Assembly: GCA_016839765.1 (NCBI GenBank)
Contig: JAEOTP010000028.1
Coordinates: 1 to 37,298 of the forward strand
DNA from: Promethearchaeota archaeon
GTDB taxonomy: Archaea; Asgardarchaeota; Lokiarchaeia; Sigyniarchaeales; SOKP01
DNA length: 37,298 nucleotides
Reading direction: 5' to 3'
Shown: piece by piece, positions 19,107-28,745 of the stretch
Numbering within the stretch: the stretch's first letter is position 1
How the letters are laid out: every line of letters starts with the position of its first letter
Notes under the pieces: generated by a model
What the model saw: only the letters and a program-made list of their open reading frames with translations
What the model was told of the DNA's origin: nothing
Database searches by the model: none
Position numbers and translations under genes: made by a program

Positions 19107-20009
19107 ATGTTAGATTACAAACAAGAACAAAAGATTATAGAAATTGATAAGGTAAAAATTGGCGGCCAACCAGGAGAAAATTCAACAGTTATGATTGGTA
19201 CGGTTTTTTATGCTAAGCATTCTGCTTTATTAGATGAAAAGACTGGAAAAATAGACAAGGACCTTGTTGAGAAAGAATTGAATGAGTTTTCTGAAATAAT
19301 TGAAGATACTGGAATGCAAGGAATTATTGACGTTGTTGGAGCTTATTCAGAGGCTCTTATTAAAGAATGTGAGTTTGTTTCAGAAATTGTTGAATATCCT
19401 TTTCTGGTTGATGGGTTAAACGATGGTTCACGCATTCCAGCCATGGAAGGCTTGAAAGAGATTGGATTATTAGATAGAGCAATTTTAAACAGCATTGATG
19501 AAAATACTACTGAAGAAAGTTTAAATAAATTAAAAGAGATTGGAGTCAAAAATGCCGTGCTCTTAACTTTTGGCTCAAAATATATCTTTCCAAAACAGAA
19601 AATTGAATTTTTAAGGAATAAACTTATTCCTAAAGCTGAAAAAGCAGAGATAAAAAATTTCTTAGTGGATACTGCCGTTTTAGATTTACCTTCTATTGGG
19701 ATTAACGTTGAAACTACGCGACTAGTAAAAAGTGAACTTGGGTTACCAACTGGTTTTGCTCCTGCAAATGCAATTTATGGATGGAAATATGGTAAAAAGT
19801 TTGGAGAAACATCGAGATGTGGAGCAATTGCATCTATAATGTCTTATTGTGTAAATGGTGGAAGTGATTTTGTTTTGTTTGGTCCTATTAAATTTGCCAA
19901 ATGTATTGTGCCAGCGATTTCATTAATTTCAGGAATAAATTCCTATTATAGAAAAAGAATTTTAAGGAAGTCTATATCCGAGAAGACACCTTTAAAAAAG
20001 ATTTTTTAG
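19107..20009 (+). CDS. mtrH: Tetrahydromethanopterin S-methyltransferase subunit H family methyltransferase
   Basis: KIGGQPGE..TVMIGTVFY..H, RAILNSI, LVDTAV, LPTGFAPAN and DFVLFGPI motifs. Confidence 0.9.
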   Translation: MLDYKQEQKIIEIDKVKIGGQPGENSTVMIGTVFYAKHSALLDEKTGKIDKDLVEKELNEFSEIIEDTGMQGIIDVVGAYSEALIKECEFVSEIVEYPFLVDGLNDGSRIPAMEGLKEIGLLDRAILNSIDENTTEESLNKLKEIGVKNAVLLTFGSKYIFPKQKIEFLRNKLIPKAEKAEIKNFLVDTAVLDLPSIGINVETTRLVKSELGLPTGFAPANAIYGWKYGKKFGETSRCGAIASIMSYCVNGGSDFVLFGPIKFAKCIVPAISLISGINSYYRKRILRKSISEKTPLKKIF

Positions 20010-21505
20010 GCAATATATCTAATTAATAAATCTTTTGTGCGATTTAAGAAATTTGGTAAATTATTATTTATTTTATCTTTTTTAATTTCATCATCTAAAA
20101 GAAATAAGAGATACATTTCATACCTATAGACATTTATTTTTTTAAAGAGAATGGTGGAGTCAGCAACTTTAAATATAGCCTCACCTTCTTTTATGGCTTT
20201 ATATTTAGAAAAGATTTTGAATAAGATGGCAAACTGAGGTGCTGTTATTTCAAATACGTTTAATAATTCCTCTGTTTTAGGTATATTTGTTAAAGATACA
20301 GCTTCAGGTGTATAATAATCTGCCAGCACTAAACCATCACTGTTTAACATTAAAGTTAAATAAGTACCAGTTTCTCTTGAAAAATTCTCTAAATTATGAC
20401 CTATTAATTCCTTATTAGGACTTAGTTTTGAGATTCCAGAGGAGAAAGCTCTTAAAATTGAAAAGAGACGAAATATACTAGTTATATAAATTTCTGGTTT
20501 ATTATTCGAATCTATAATAATTAATTTTTCCTTAATTATTTTTAAATTATCATTTAGTTCTTTAGATTCAATAATATCAGGGTCTCCCTTCGATAAAATA
20601 TATATAATTGGAGTATCTTGCTTAAAACTTTTTAATACTTTAGTTATATTTTGAAGATATTCAAAGCTCTCTTCAAATCTATTTCTATTTCTAATATCAA
20701 TAAAATAAAATATTAAATCTGCTTCATACAAATAAATTTGAGCTCTTTTAAGATATTTTTCTCTGAGACTTAACTGACCTCCTAAATCCCATAAAAAAAT
20801 TGTTGTGCCAAGTGTTTCAATAGAACTCACTTGGGCTCCAAATGTTGGTTTCAATCCCATTAATTTAGAAAATTTTCTATCTACTGATAATAAATATGAG
20901 GTTTTACCCGAATCATCTAAACCTGCAAATATAATTTTCATTTTTCTCTGGGTTGTAATAGGCGTTGTAGGAGTTTCCTCAATCTTAAGAACTTTTTCTA
21001 AGAAATCTTTTAAGTGGTGCTCTATTTCATCTTGTGATTTAAAATTATCTATAATTTCTTTATCAAAAACTTGAAATAAATCCAAAATAATGTTTTTTAA
21101 CCTATTAATGTTATTATACAAAAAGCTCCTCTTATTCTCATCCACAAATAGAGAAAAAGATGTCGCTAAAGGCTCTTGGCTAAATTTTACATCTATAAAA
21201 TGAAAAAATGTCAGTGAAGTTAAATTGAAATCTGGAAATGGGATTATACCAAAATACTGAAATTTTTCAACATCCACTCTATTAAGTATAGTACTATCAC
21301 CGATTAATAAACTCAAATTTTTTATCGAAATTTGAGTATAATCTCTTAAATTTAAATCGAGAATTTCCTCATGCATAGTATCTTTTGTTTCAGATTTGTT
21401 TTGCTCACTAGGTTTTGGGAACATGTATATCGGCTCAGGACCTAATTTATCATATGCGCTGAATAGAATTCCTCTAACAATTGATGATTTAAGTATTTCT
21501 TCCAT
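20006..21505 (-). CDS. uDENN/longin, Arf/Rag-like small GTPase and roadblock-like fusion
   Basis: ILFSAYDKLGPEPIYMFP; GLDDSGKT, KPT, WDLGGQ, SKGD, TSI; C-terminal LMLNSDGLVLADY. Confidence 0.85.
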   Translation of the reverse strand: MEEILKSSIVRGILFSAYDKLGPEPIYMFPKPSEQNKSETKDTMHEEILDLNLRDYTQISIKNLSLLIGDSTILNRVDVEKFQYFGIIPFPDFNLTSLTFFHFIDVKFSQEPLATSFSLFVDENKRSFLYNNINRLKNIILDLFQVFDKEIIDNFKSQDEIEHHLKDFLEKVLKIEETPTTPITTQRKMKIIFAGLDDSGKTSYLLSVDRKFSKLMGLKPTFGAQVSSIETLGTTIFLWDLGGQLSLREKYLKRAQIYLYEADLIFYFIDIRNRNRFEESFEYLQNITKVLKSFKQDTPIIYILSKGDPDIIESKELNDNLKIIKEKLIIIDSNNKPEIYITSIFRLFSILRAFSSGISKLSPNKELIGHNLENFSRETGTYLTLMLNSDGLVLADYYTPEAVSLTNIPKTEELLNVFEITAPQFAILFKIFSKYKAIKEGEAIFKVADSTILFKKINVYRYEMYLLFLLDDEIKKDKINNNLPNFLNRTKDLLIRYIA

Positions 21506-21583
21506 TACCTAAGACTTTTGATTTAATTTGAATTAAAACACTTATATTATTTTTTAGGATAATTAATTATTTATATATTAGAT

Positions 21584-22546
21584 TTGTATATGCTAGAAAG
21601 AATTGCAGATAGTATTCGAAATAATGAAAATATACTTGAAAAAAAAGAAATTAATCCAATAGTCAAATTTATTGATAAAAATTCCTTTAAAAGTGAGCGT
21701 ATCTTTTCTGACATTGGAGAGGATTCAGCTGCAATAAAAAACAATGCAAGTTATATTTTAGTAACAACCGACCGAATTAAAACAGAATTCGTAGAAAACT
21801 TTCCGTTTGGAGCTGGTTTCAGCTCGATTTTGGTTGGTGTTGATGATATCTATTGTTGTGGAGGAAAACCCATTGCTGTGAGTATAATTCTTTCATATAA
21901 GGATTCTGATGTAGGAAAGAAAATTATTGAGGGAATATGTGAAGGTTCGCAAAAATTCCAATTACCAATAATAAGAGGCCATACTAAACCAGGTAGTAAT
22001 CACTATGAACTTAGTTCTACTCTTATTGGTGAAATTAAAAAAGAAAACTATATCTCTGCACTAAACGCTAAAGAGAACGATGATATAATTTTAGCTGTAG
22101 ATTTTGATGGAAAAGTAGGAAGAGCTAGTGAATATTACTGGGATACAGTTACATTTAAAAGTACTACTACCTTATTACAAATAAGAGAGTCAATGAATCT
22201 TATTGCTGAAAAACATTTGGCTAATTCATCAAAAGATATTTCTAATGGCGGAATTTTTGGAACTTTATTACAATTAATAAAATATTCAAATATGGGTGCA
22301 AATGTGAATATCAATAATATTCATATTCCTGAAGCTTTAATTAAACAAAATTACAATTTAAATAAATATATACAAATGTATTTAACAACCTCCTATATTT
22401 TGACCGCATCAAAATACAATTCAACGAAAATTTTAAATATTTTTTCCAAATTTGGGTTATATTCAAATATTATTGGGAAAATCATAAAAGGAAACCAATT
22501 AAAAATTAATAATGGTAAAGAATCATTACAAGTTATAAGCTATTGA
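21584..22546 (+). CDS. AIR synthase-related (PurM-like) ATP-binding protein
   Basis: IGEDSAAI, TTD, DDIYCCGGKP, IIRGHT and SKDISNGGIFGT motifs. Confidence 0.85.
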   Translation: MYMLERIADSIRNNENILEKKEINPIVKFIDKNSFKSERIFSDIGEDSAAIKNNASYILVTTDRIKTEFVENFPFGAGFSSILVGVDDIYCCGGKPIAVSIILSYKDSDVGKKIIEGICEGSQKFQLPIIRGHTKPGSNHYELSSTLIGEIKKENYISALNAKENDDIILAVDFDGKVGRASEYYWDTVTFKSTTTLLQIRESMNLIAEKHLANSSKDISNGGIFGTLLQLIKYSNMGANVNINNIHIPEALIKQNYNLNKYIQMYLTTSYILTASKYNSTKILNIFSKFGLYSNIIGKIIKGNQLKINNGKESLQVISY

Positions 22547-22597
22547 AATTTGCTAAATTAGATGGGTTTGTGAATAAGGGAGTGAGGATGAGATATT

Positions 22598-23155
22598 ATG
22601 AATTTTAACTATAGAGAAAATATTAAGGGTATTGTTTCAATAATAGGTGCTAGCGAGATTGATATTAAAACAGAAAAACTAACTTTTGAATTGGGAAAAT
22701 TATTAGCACAAAATAAATATGCCGTAGCTTGTGGAGGCTTATCTGGAGTAATGGAGGCAATATGTAAAGGTGTAAAAGAGGAAAATGGATTAACAATAGG
22801 AATTATTCCCTTTATTGAGAAATCTGCTGCAAATAAATATGTTGATATTGTTATTCCTGTCCCTTTTTCTCAAGCTAGAAATATTGTAGTGGTTTTGACA
22901 GGGGATATTTGTATTGCTATTGGCGGAAAAGCAGGCACTTTATCTGAGATTTGCTTTGCATGGATATACCAAAAACCAATAATTGCTTTATCTAATATAT
23001 CAGGCTGGTCATCTAAAATTTCAAATCAAAAAATCGATGATAGAAGACCTGATAAGATACATGGTGTTGAAACTCCTCAAGAGGCAATTAGAAAAATAGA
23101 TGAATTACTTAATTCAAATGCTAAAGTAAGCAGTAGTATTAATGAAAAATTTTAA
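22598..23155 (+). CDS. LOG/Rossmann-fold nucleotide-binding protein (TIGR00725-like)
   Basis: CGGLSGVMEA, TIGIIP, ARN and GGKAGTLSEI motifs. Confidence 0.9.
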   Translation: MNFNYRENIKGIVSIIGASEIDIKTEKLTFELGKLLAQNKYAVACGGLSGVMEAICKGVKEENGLTIGIIPFIEKSAANKYVDIVIPVPFSQARNIVVVLTGDICIAIGGKAGTLSEICFAWIYQKPIIALSNISGWSSKISNQKIDDRRPDKIHGVETPQEAIRKIDELLNSNAKVSSSINEKF

Positions 23156-23205
23156 ATATATTTTGTAACTGAAATAATATTAACTAACAAAATGTTGAGA
23201 ATATC

Positions 23206-23457
23206 ATGGTAAAAATAGCTGGAGGAAATGGAACTTCCTTAGATGATGCTATAATCATTTCCGATTGTTCATATTTTGAAGGTATTGATCAAGAATATAT
23301 TGTATTAAAGAAAAGATTTGGTAATTATAAACTCATAAAACAGAGTTTGATTGAAGAAAGCGGAAAAAGTTATGATCTTTTTGAAATACAATTAGAAGAT
23401 GGGAATAAAGTTGAGGTATATTTTGAAATTACAGATTTCTTCGGAATAGGGTTTTAG
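23206..23457 (+). CDS. Small hypothetical protein
   Basis: 83-aa ORF co-oriented with its upstream neighbours; GGNGTS..AIII and YFEITDFFG look like conserved motifs. Confidence 0.75.
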   Translation: MVKIAGGNGTSLDDAIIISDCSYFEGIDQEYIVLKKRFGNYKLIKQSLIEESGKSYDLFEIQLEDGNKVEVYFEITDFFGIGF

Positions 23458-23654
23458 GATTATGAAATTTCATTTTACTCATGAGTATAATTAAAAATTA
23501 GAAGGAATTTACAAATACGGGAAATATTAATAAATATCAAGATATTAAAAATTTTTTACGAAAGAATTTTATACAATAAGATAATCTATTTTTTTATAAA
23601 AGAATATATTTATATTTTGTTTTAATTATCAAAACCTTAGATAGGTGAATTTAT

Positions 23655-24617
23655 TTGTCAATCCAATATTTAACCAAGAAAAAAGAAGAAAGACCTGCTG
23701 AACCTTCTAAGATTTTGTTCACAGGACTTGACGCAGCGGGTAAGACCACCATCATTTTGGGATTACAGCGCGAATTTTCTAAGATAGCTTTGCTTAAGCC
23801 AACTCGTGGTGCGCAAAGAAGAATATTTGAATTTTTAGGGAGAGATATAGCGGAATGGGATTTGGGAGGTCAAGTTTCTTATCGAATTGCTTATTTAAAA
23901 AACCCGGGAAAATATTTTGATGGCACTGAGATTGCTATATATGTGATAGATATACAAAGTAGGGCTAGAATTCCCGAAGCAATAAGTTATTTTAAAGATG
24001 TTGTTGAGCAGTTTAAGAAACTTGAAATCTCACCTCCTATTTACGTGTTCCTTCACAAGTATGATCCCGCTCTAAGACGTAACGCTTTAAATGAACTAAA
24101 ATCATTAGAGATTGAGATAAAAGAAAGAATTAAAAAGGCTGTTGATTATAGGGAGATCTATTTTTATAATACTTCTATTTATGATTTACCATCAATAATT
24201 AAAGCAATGTCTGAGATTTTGTTGAATTTATATCCAAAATCAGATTTAATAGAGAAAACAATAAATCAATTTGCCGAAAAAGTTAATTCTGAGGGGGTGG
24301 TTATTCTTGATGATAATTCACTTATATTAGGAGCATATTATAAAAGTGATGAAGCACGAAATCTCTTATCAGCATCCACTCCTTATTTCTTGGCGCTGAA
24401 TGACAATCTTCAGTTTACGCAAGTTTTACCTGGAAAAGAATATGATGAAAGTAAAATGGTAGTACAAAGATTTGGTAAAAACTTTATCTTTAAACAATTA
24501 TCGTTAAAGGAAGGAAGCCCTCCTTACTATTTAATTATGCTTAAGCAAGATCCAAATGTACTAAAGGAGGATTTCGACTGTTTTTCTAATTTATTAAGTG
24601 AAATCCTCTATAAATAG
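23655..24617 (+). CDS. Rag/Gtr1-like (Arf-related) small GTPase with C-terminal roadblock-like domain
   Basis: GLDAAGKT, KPT, WDLGGQ, Rag-type HKYD and TSIY; C-terminal VVILDDNSLILGAY; AGGTGA site before a TTG start. Confidence 0.88.
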   Translation: MSIQYLTKKKEERPAEPSKILFTGLDAAGKTTIILGLQREFSKIALLKPTRGAQRRIFEFLGRDIAEWDLGGQVSYRIAYLKNPGKYFDGTEIAIYVIDIQSRARIPEAISYFKDVVEQFKKLEISPPIYVFLHKYDPALRRNALNELKSLEIEIKERIKKAVDYREIYFYNTSIYDLPSIIKAMSEILLNLYPKSDLIEKTINQFAEKVNSEGVVILDDNSLILGAYYKSDEARNLLSASTPYFLALNDNLQFTQVLPGKEYDESKMVVQRFGKNFIFKQLSLKEGSPPYYLIMLKQDPNVLKEDFDCFSNLLSEILYK

Positions 24618-24743
24618 GTTAAAATTAATAACAAAACTTCCCTTTATAAAAAATTTCCTTCTTTTTCTTAAAAAAAAACATTAATAAAATTTGATTTTCA
24701 TTATTATAATACAGAAATTACTTTAAGTTTTAAATTTAAAAAA

Positions 24744-25700
24744 ATGATAATCTGCTCTAATTGTGGTACAACAAATTCTTCAGAAGAACGTATTTGCAGA
24801 ACATGTGGAGCTCTTCTCCCTGTCTCTAATAAATCACCACGTATGAAAATTGGAACTGGCAAAAAAAAAACCAAATCAAAAAAAAAGGCAATTCAAGAAA
24901 CAAAAGTTGAAAAGCCTTCATTATTAGAGCTACAAGAAATACCAAAAGAATTTGATGAACCGTATTTTAAAGAAAATGAATCATCTGAATATAAAGAGAT
25001 TACTCAAGAATCAGTTGAGAATGAAAATATAATTGATGAGGAAGAAAAGGAAATTTTAAAAGAAATAACTCCTAAACCATTTAGAGGTTCAATTATTTCT
25101 TCTAAAGTAATATTCGGAACCCCTCCTGCTAAAGTGACTAAAAAAGTCTCTAAACAAACTACAGAAGATCAAGAATCTACTTTATTAAAGCAAAAACAGT
25201 TAGAGGAGGATATGACAAAAGTTCTTAAATTTCTTTCAAAAAAAATAACAGTTGAAAAATTACCAACTGAAAAAACTAAGGAAAAAAAGAAAGAAAAAGA
25301 GAAGGTTATTTCTCCATCAAGTATGAATGAAATTTTGAAAGATTTATTAAAACTAGACCTCCATATCGAAGCTTCAGCAATTGTCAAAAAGGATGGTACT
25401 ATTCTCGCCTCAGCTATATCTTCTCGCATATCTGATTCTTTATTTGGTACAATTGGTCAAAGTTTGTCTTTAATCGGAATGGATGTAATTGAAAGTTTAA
25501 GTGCTGGAAAACTACTAAATATCTCATTACGTGGTACTAATGGAGTTCTGGATCTAGCACCCATTGACATTAAAACAACTCAAGGGAGTGATATGATTCT
25601 AATTATTCTTTCACATCCGCGAGTTAAGAGTGGAATAATTCATTTTGCAGCAAATATAGTTAAAAAACAAGTTAAGGAATATTTAGGTTTTTCAAAATAA
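24744..25700 (+). CDS. Zinc ribbon, charged linker and roadblock/LC7 domain protein
   Basis: CSNC..CRTC; low-complexity K/E linker; IEASAIVKKDGTILASA and LRGTNG roadblock motifs. Confidence 0.85.
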   Translation: MIICSNCGTTNSSEERICRTCGALLPVSNKSPRMKIGTGKKKTKSKKKAIQETKVEKPSLLELQEIPKEFDEPYFKENESSEYKEITQESVENENIIDEEEKEILKEITPKPFRGSIISSKVIFGTPPAKVTKKVSKQTTEDQESTLLKQKQLEEDMTKVLKFLSKKITVEKLPTEKTKEKKKEKEKVISPSSMNEILKDLLKLDLHIEASAIVKKDGTILASAISSRISDSLFGTIGQSLSLIGMDVIESLSAGKLLNISLRGTNGVLDLAPIDIKTTQGSDMILIILSHPRVKSGIIHFAANIVKKQVKEYLGFSK

Positions 25701-25708
25701 ATTAATCC

Positions 25709-26506
25709 CTAAAAAATCTGTTTTTGAAACGATAGTTTACTAATTTTAAGAGTTCTAAAATATGTTAAATTTTTTCTTAAATCTTGTAGAAAAGAATTAA
25801 ATCTATAAATAGAAACTAAAGGCACAAAATTTTCACTAATTTTAATCCAATTTTCTTCGAGTGTAACCATTAGAGGAATAATAATTATTGGCATTCTTAT
25901 TTTCAAATCACTTCTCTGTCCTATTAAGGATTGAATGAGACTTGATAAAATTTCAGGATTTTTTTGAAGAACTAGCGCTCTTTGATATTGTAAATTCGCT
26001 GCTTTATTAATCATACTATAAATATCTCTCTTTTTCCATTGTTTTGCATCGATAAATAAAACATAATTTTGTTCTAATCCTATAACATCAATTTCATATT
26101 TAGTTTGATTAGTCTTTTTCTTAAAGTATGACTTATCTGAAAACCGATAGTTCTTTATTGTTCTATAACTATTCTTCGTGAGGATTTCTTGGATTAAATA
26201 TTCAAAACCATTATAGTCTATTAAATTGGATAAGTTATTAATATCTAACTTTAAAAAATTAATTGCTTCAATAATAAATAGGATTTTATTAATTGCAAAG
26301 TAGTTATTATAGGGACCTTTTATAATTGAAATAAATTCAAAATTATTCACAAACTCTTGTAATTTCAATTCATGAAATTCTTTTAAAAATCTAATATCAT
26401 ACATTTCACACCAGATCTCAATCGCATCCTTAGCTGAATCTATTAAAATATGGTAAATTTCATTAAAAAATTGTTTTATAGACAACTCTGAAAGTTGGTA
26501 GGGCAT
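25709..26506 (-). CDS. PD-(D/E)xK restriction endonuclease-like protein (Mrr/NERD-like)
   Basis: FEYLIQEIL, EIDVIG and FIDAKQW motifs. Confidence 0.8.
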   Translation of the reverse strand: MPYQLSELSIKQFFNEIYHILIDSAKDAIEIWCEMYDIRFLKEFHELKLQEFVNNFEFISIIKGPYNNYFAINKILFIIEAINFLKLDINNLSNLIDYNGFEYLIQEILTKNSYRTIKNYRFSDKSYFKKKTNQTKYEIDVIGLEQNYVLFIDAKQWKKRDIYSMINKAANLQYQRALVLQKNPEILSSLIQSLIGQRSDLKIRMPIIIIPLMVTLEENWIKISENFVPLVSIYRFNSFLQDLRKNLTYFRTLKISKLSFQKQIF

Positions 26507-26652
26507 ATTAATAATATTTTTATAGCTAAAAATAAACCAAGGAGGCTTTAAGAATAATGATTTTAGATTTAAGTAGATATTTTTATATCATAATTTAATT
26601 AAATTATAATGAATTCATAGTGTTAGCATCGTTAATTTAATTTATTAACATT

Positions 26653-28530
26653 TTGAATAATTTGGAATTAAGAATGCCCCAAGAAAATAGATCTTATTTA
26701 AAACAATTAATGCCAAAAGTATTTAGAACTGAGGGTGATGTTGTTGACTTTGAACCTGCTAAAATTGAACAAAGCTTAATAAAAGAAACAGGATTAAAGA
26801 AAGAAATCGCAGGAAGGATAACAGAATTAGTAGTTAGGAGGATTATATCTTCAGGGATTAAATTTCTTTCTGGTCCACATATTAGAGAAATAGTATGTTC
26901 AATTTTATCAGAACAGCATTTTGAAGAAGAACGTAAGCTGTATACCAGAATTGGTATGCCATTAATGGATTATGAAGAATTACTTGAGAAAGGTTTTAGT
27001 AAGGAGAAGCATAAAATATTGAATCCAGAAAAAATACATCATAAAGCAGCAAATCAATTAGCTGAAGAATATGCATTGCTCAGAATTTTGAATGATGAGG
27101 AATCACATGCCCATTTATATGGAGATATTTACATTCACCAATTAAAATATTTTGATTTAAGGCCTTATAGCCAATTATGGGATCCAAGATTAATTCTACA
27201 TTTTGGCCTTCCACCATTGAAGAATTGGAATATTACCAGTAGAACACAGCCTCCAAAAAACCTAACAGACGCTTGTATTCAACTCGCTAATTGGTTGGGA
27301 ATCATTCAATGTGAGTTCTGTGGAAATCAAGGCTATGATTTTTTTACAATTTTTTTAGCTCCATACGCTACTCATTTATCATACCAAGAGATTAAAACCG
27401 AATTAAGAAGATTCATTAACGAGATTAACCATTTTTCATTGATTTCTGGTAAAGATTTTTTAAAATCTTCCATTGCTTGTTTTCCAACAATTATTGAAAA
27501 TTTAATGAATCTTGATTATATTGATTCACAGGGAAACAAAAAGGGAGTTTATGGAGATTTTGAGGAAGAGTGTTTAAAAATCTTTAATGCTGTTATCGAT
27601 ATTTTTATTGGGGGAGATTATAACAAAAATCCGTTTCTTATACCGAAACATTTAGTATATTTTGATCTGAATTACTTATATCAAGTTAAAGATTCTTATT
27701 TAAAGCTTTTTGAGGAAATCAATAAGACATACACCCCCTATCTTATAAATTTATCAAGTAAATGGATTAAAGATACAATTATTAGAAACATCTCAGATTC
27801 ATATCTTAATCATGGAATTCTTCAAAAAGTATCATTAAATCTTCCTAGGTATGCATATTTAAGCAAAGATGAAGATTTTTTCTTAGAAACATTAATACGT
27901 TATATAAATTTATCTATAGAAATTTTGAATAAGAAATATGATATTATTCAAAAACGGCTGACGACAAATTATTTGCCAATTTGTAGTGGAAGTATAAATG
28001 GGAATCCTTTATATGATTTGAATAGACAAGATTTGTGTCTAGGATTTATTGGATTAAATGAAGCTGTTCAATTTTTAACTAATTGTGAACTTCATGAGAA
28101 TGATGACGCTTTTTCCCTTGGTAAAAAAATATTGCTAGAGCTCAATAAAATATGCAATGAGAAATCTAATCAATTTAATAGAAAATACGCTCTAGTTGAA
28201 AACACTTCAAATGGACTAATGTTTAGATTCGCTAGATTAGACTATAAGCATTTCCCTATGAAAATTAATCCCAAAATTGTAAGGCGTTATAAAAATGGTG
28301 AAAAATTATATTATAATAATTCTGCTCACTTCATTAAGAACACTAACTTAAAGTTAAAAGAACAAATAGCTAAACAGGGGAGATATCAATATTTAATTCA
28401 GAATGGAGTTGTTGAACAAATTTCTCTTAGTAAAAACAAGAGCGAATTTCAAGATGCTCAAGCTTTCCAAAATTTTCTAAAATATACAAGTGAAAAAACT
28501 CAAATTGGATGTCTTAAATTTATTCCTTAA
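26653..28530 (+). CDS. nrdD: Anaerobic ribonucleoside-triphosphate reductase paralogue with ATP cone; catalytically degenerate and lacking the glycyl-radical tail
   Basis: ATP cone (KVFRTEGDVVDFEPAKI..IREIV), AHLYGDIYIH, SLNLPR, GFIGLNEA and RFARLD are present; no RxxGY motif. Confidence 0.8.
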   Translation: MNNLELRMPQENRSYLKQLMPKVFRTEGDVVDFEPAKIEQSLIKETGLKKEIAGRITELVVRRIISSGIKFLSGPHIREIVCSILSEQHFEEERKLYTRIGMPLMDYEELLEKGFSKEKHKILNPEKIHHKAANQLAEEYALLRILNDEESHAHLYGDIYIHQLKYFDLRPYSQLWDPRLILHFGLPPLKNWNITSRTQPPKNLTDACIQLANWLGIIQCEFCGNQGYDFFTIFLAPYATHLSYQEIKTELRRFINEINHFSLISGKDFLKSSIACFPTIIENLMNLDYIDSQGNKKGVYGDFEEECLKIFNAVIDIFIGGDYNKNPFLIPKHLVYFDLNYLYQVKDSYLKLFEEINKTYTPYLINLSSKWIKDTIIRNISDSYLNHGILQKVSLNLPRYAYLSKDEDFFLETLIRYINLSIEILNKKYDIIQKRLTTNYLPICSGSINGNPLYDLNRQDLCLGFIGLNEAVQFLTNCELHENDDAFSLGKKILLELNKICNEKSNQFNRKYALVENTSNGLMFRFARLDYKHFPMKINPKIVRRYKNGEKLYYNNSAHFIKNTNLKLKEQIAKQGRYQYLIQNGVVEQISLSKNKSEFQDAQAFQNFLKYTSEKTQIGCLKFIP

Positions 28531-28745
28531 TCCCTTACAGTTTTACTTTTTACTTTTTATATTGGAATTAAAATAAAAAATTAAATAATAGGACTATTTT
28601 TGATATATTAACATATTATATTGTTTTAAATCAAAAACATTTGAATAAAAAAATAAAATATATCGGTGTTTCTTAAGAGAAAATTATTATAAATATTTCA
28701 GGCTCTCTTTTTCACTAATTAAAATCTAACAATGCCCATTAAATT

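Noticed and set aside
19107-20009. Evidence of methanogenesis
   Set aside because: MtrH is alone, with no other mtr or mcr genes in the window.
21584-22546. Selenophosphate synthetase or ThiL assignment
   Set aside because: It lacks the N-terminal Cys/Sec-x-x-Lys motif of SelD; only a PurM-superfamily call is supported.
25709-26506. Restriction-modification system
   Set aside because: No DNA methyltransferase is adjacent, and the methyltransferase at 32317-33069 looks like a tRNA-type (Trm9-like) enzyme.
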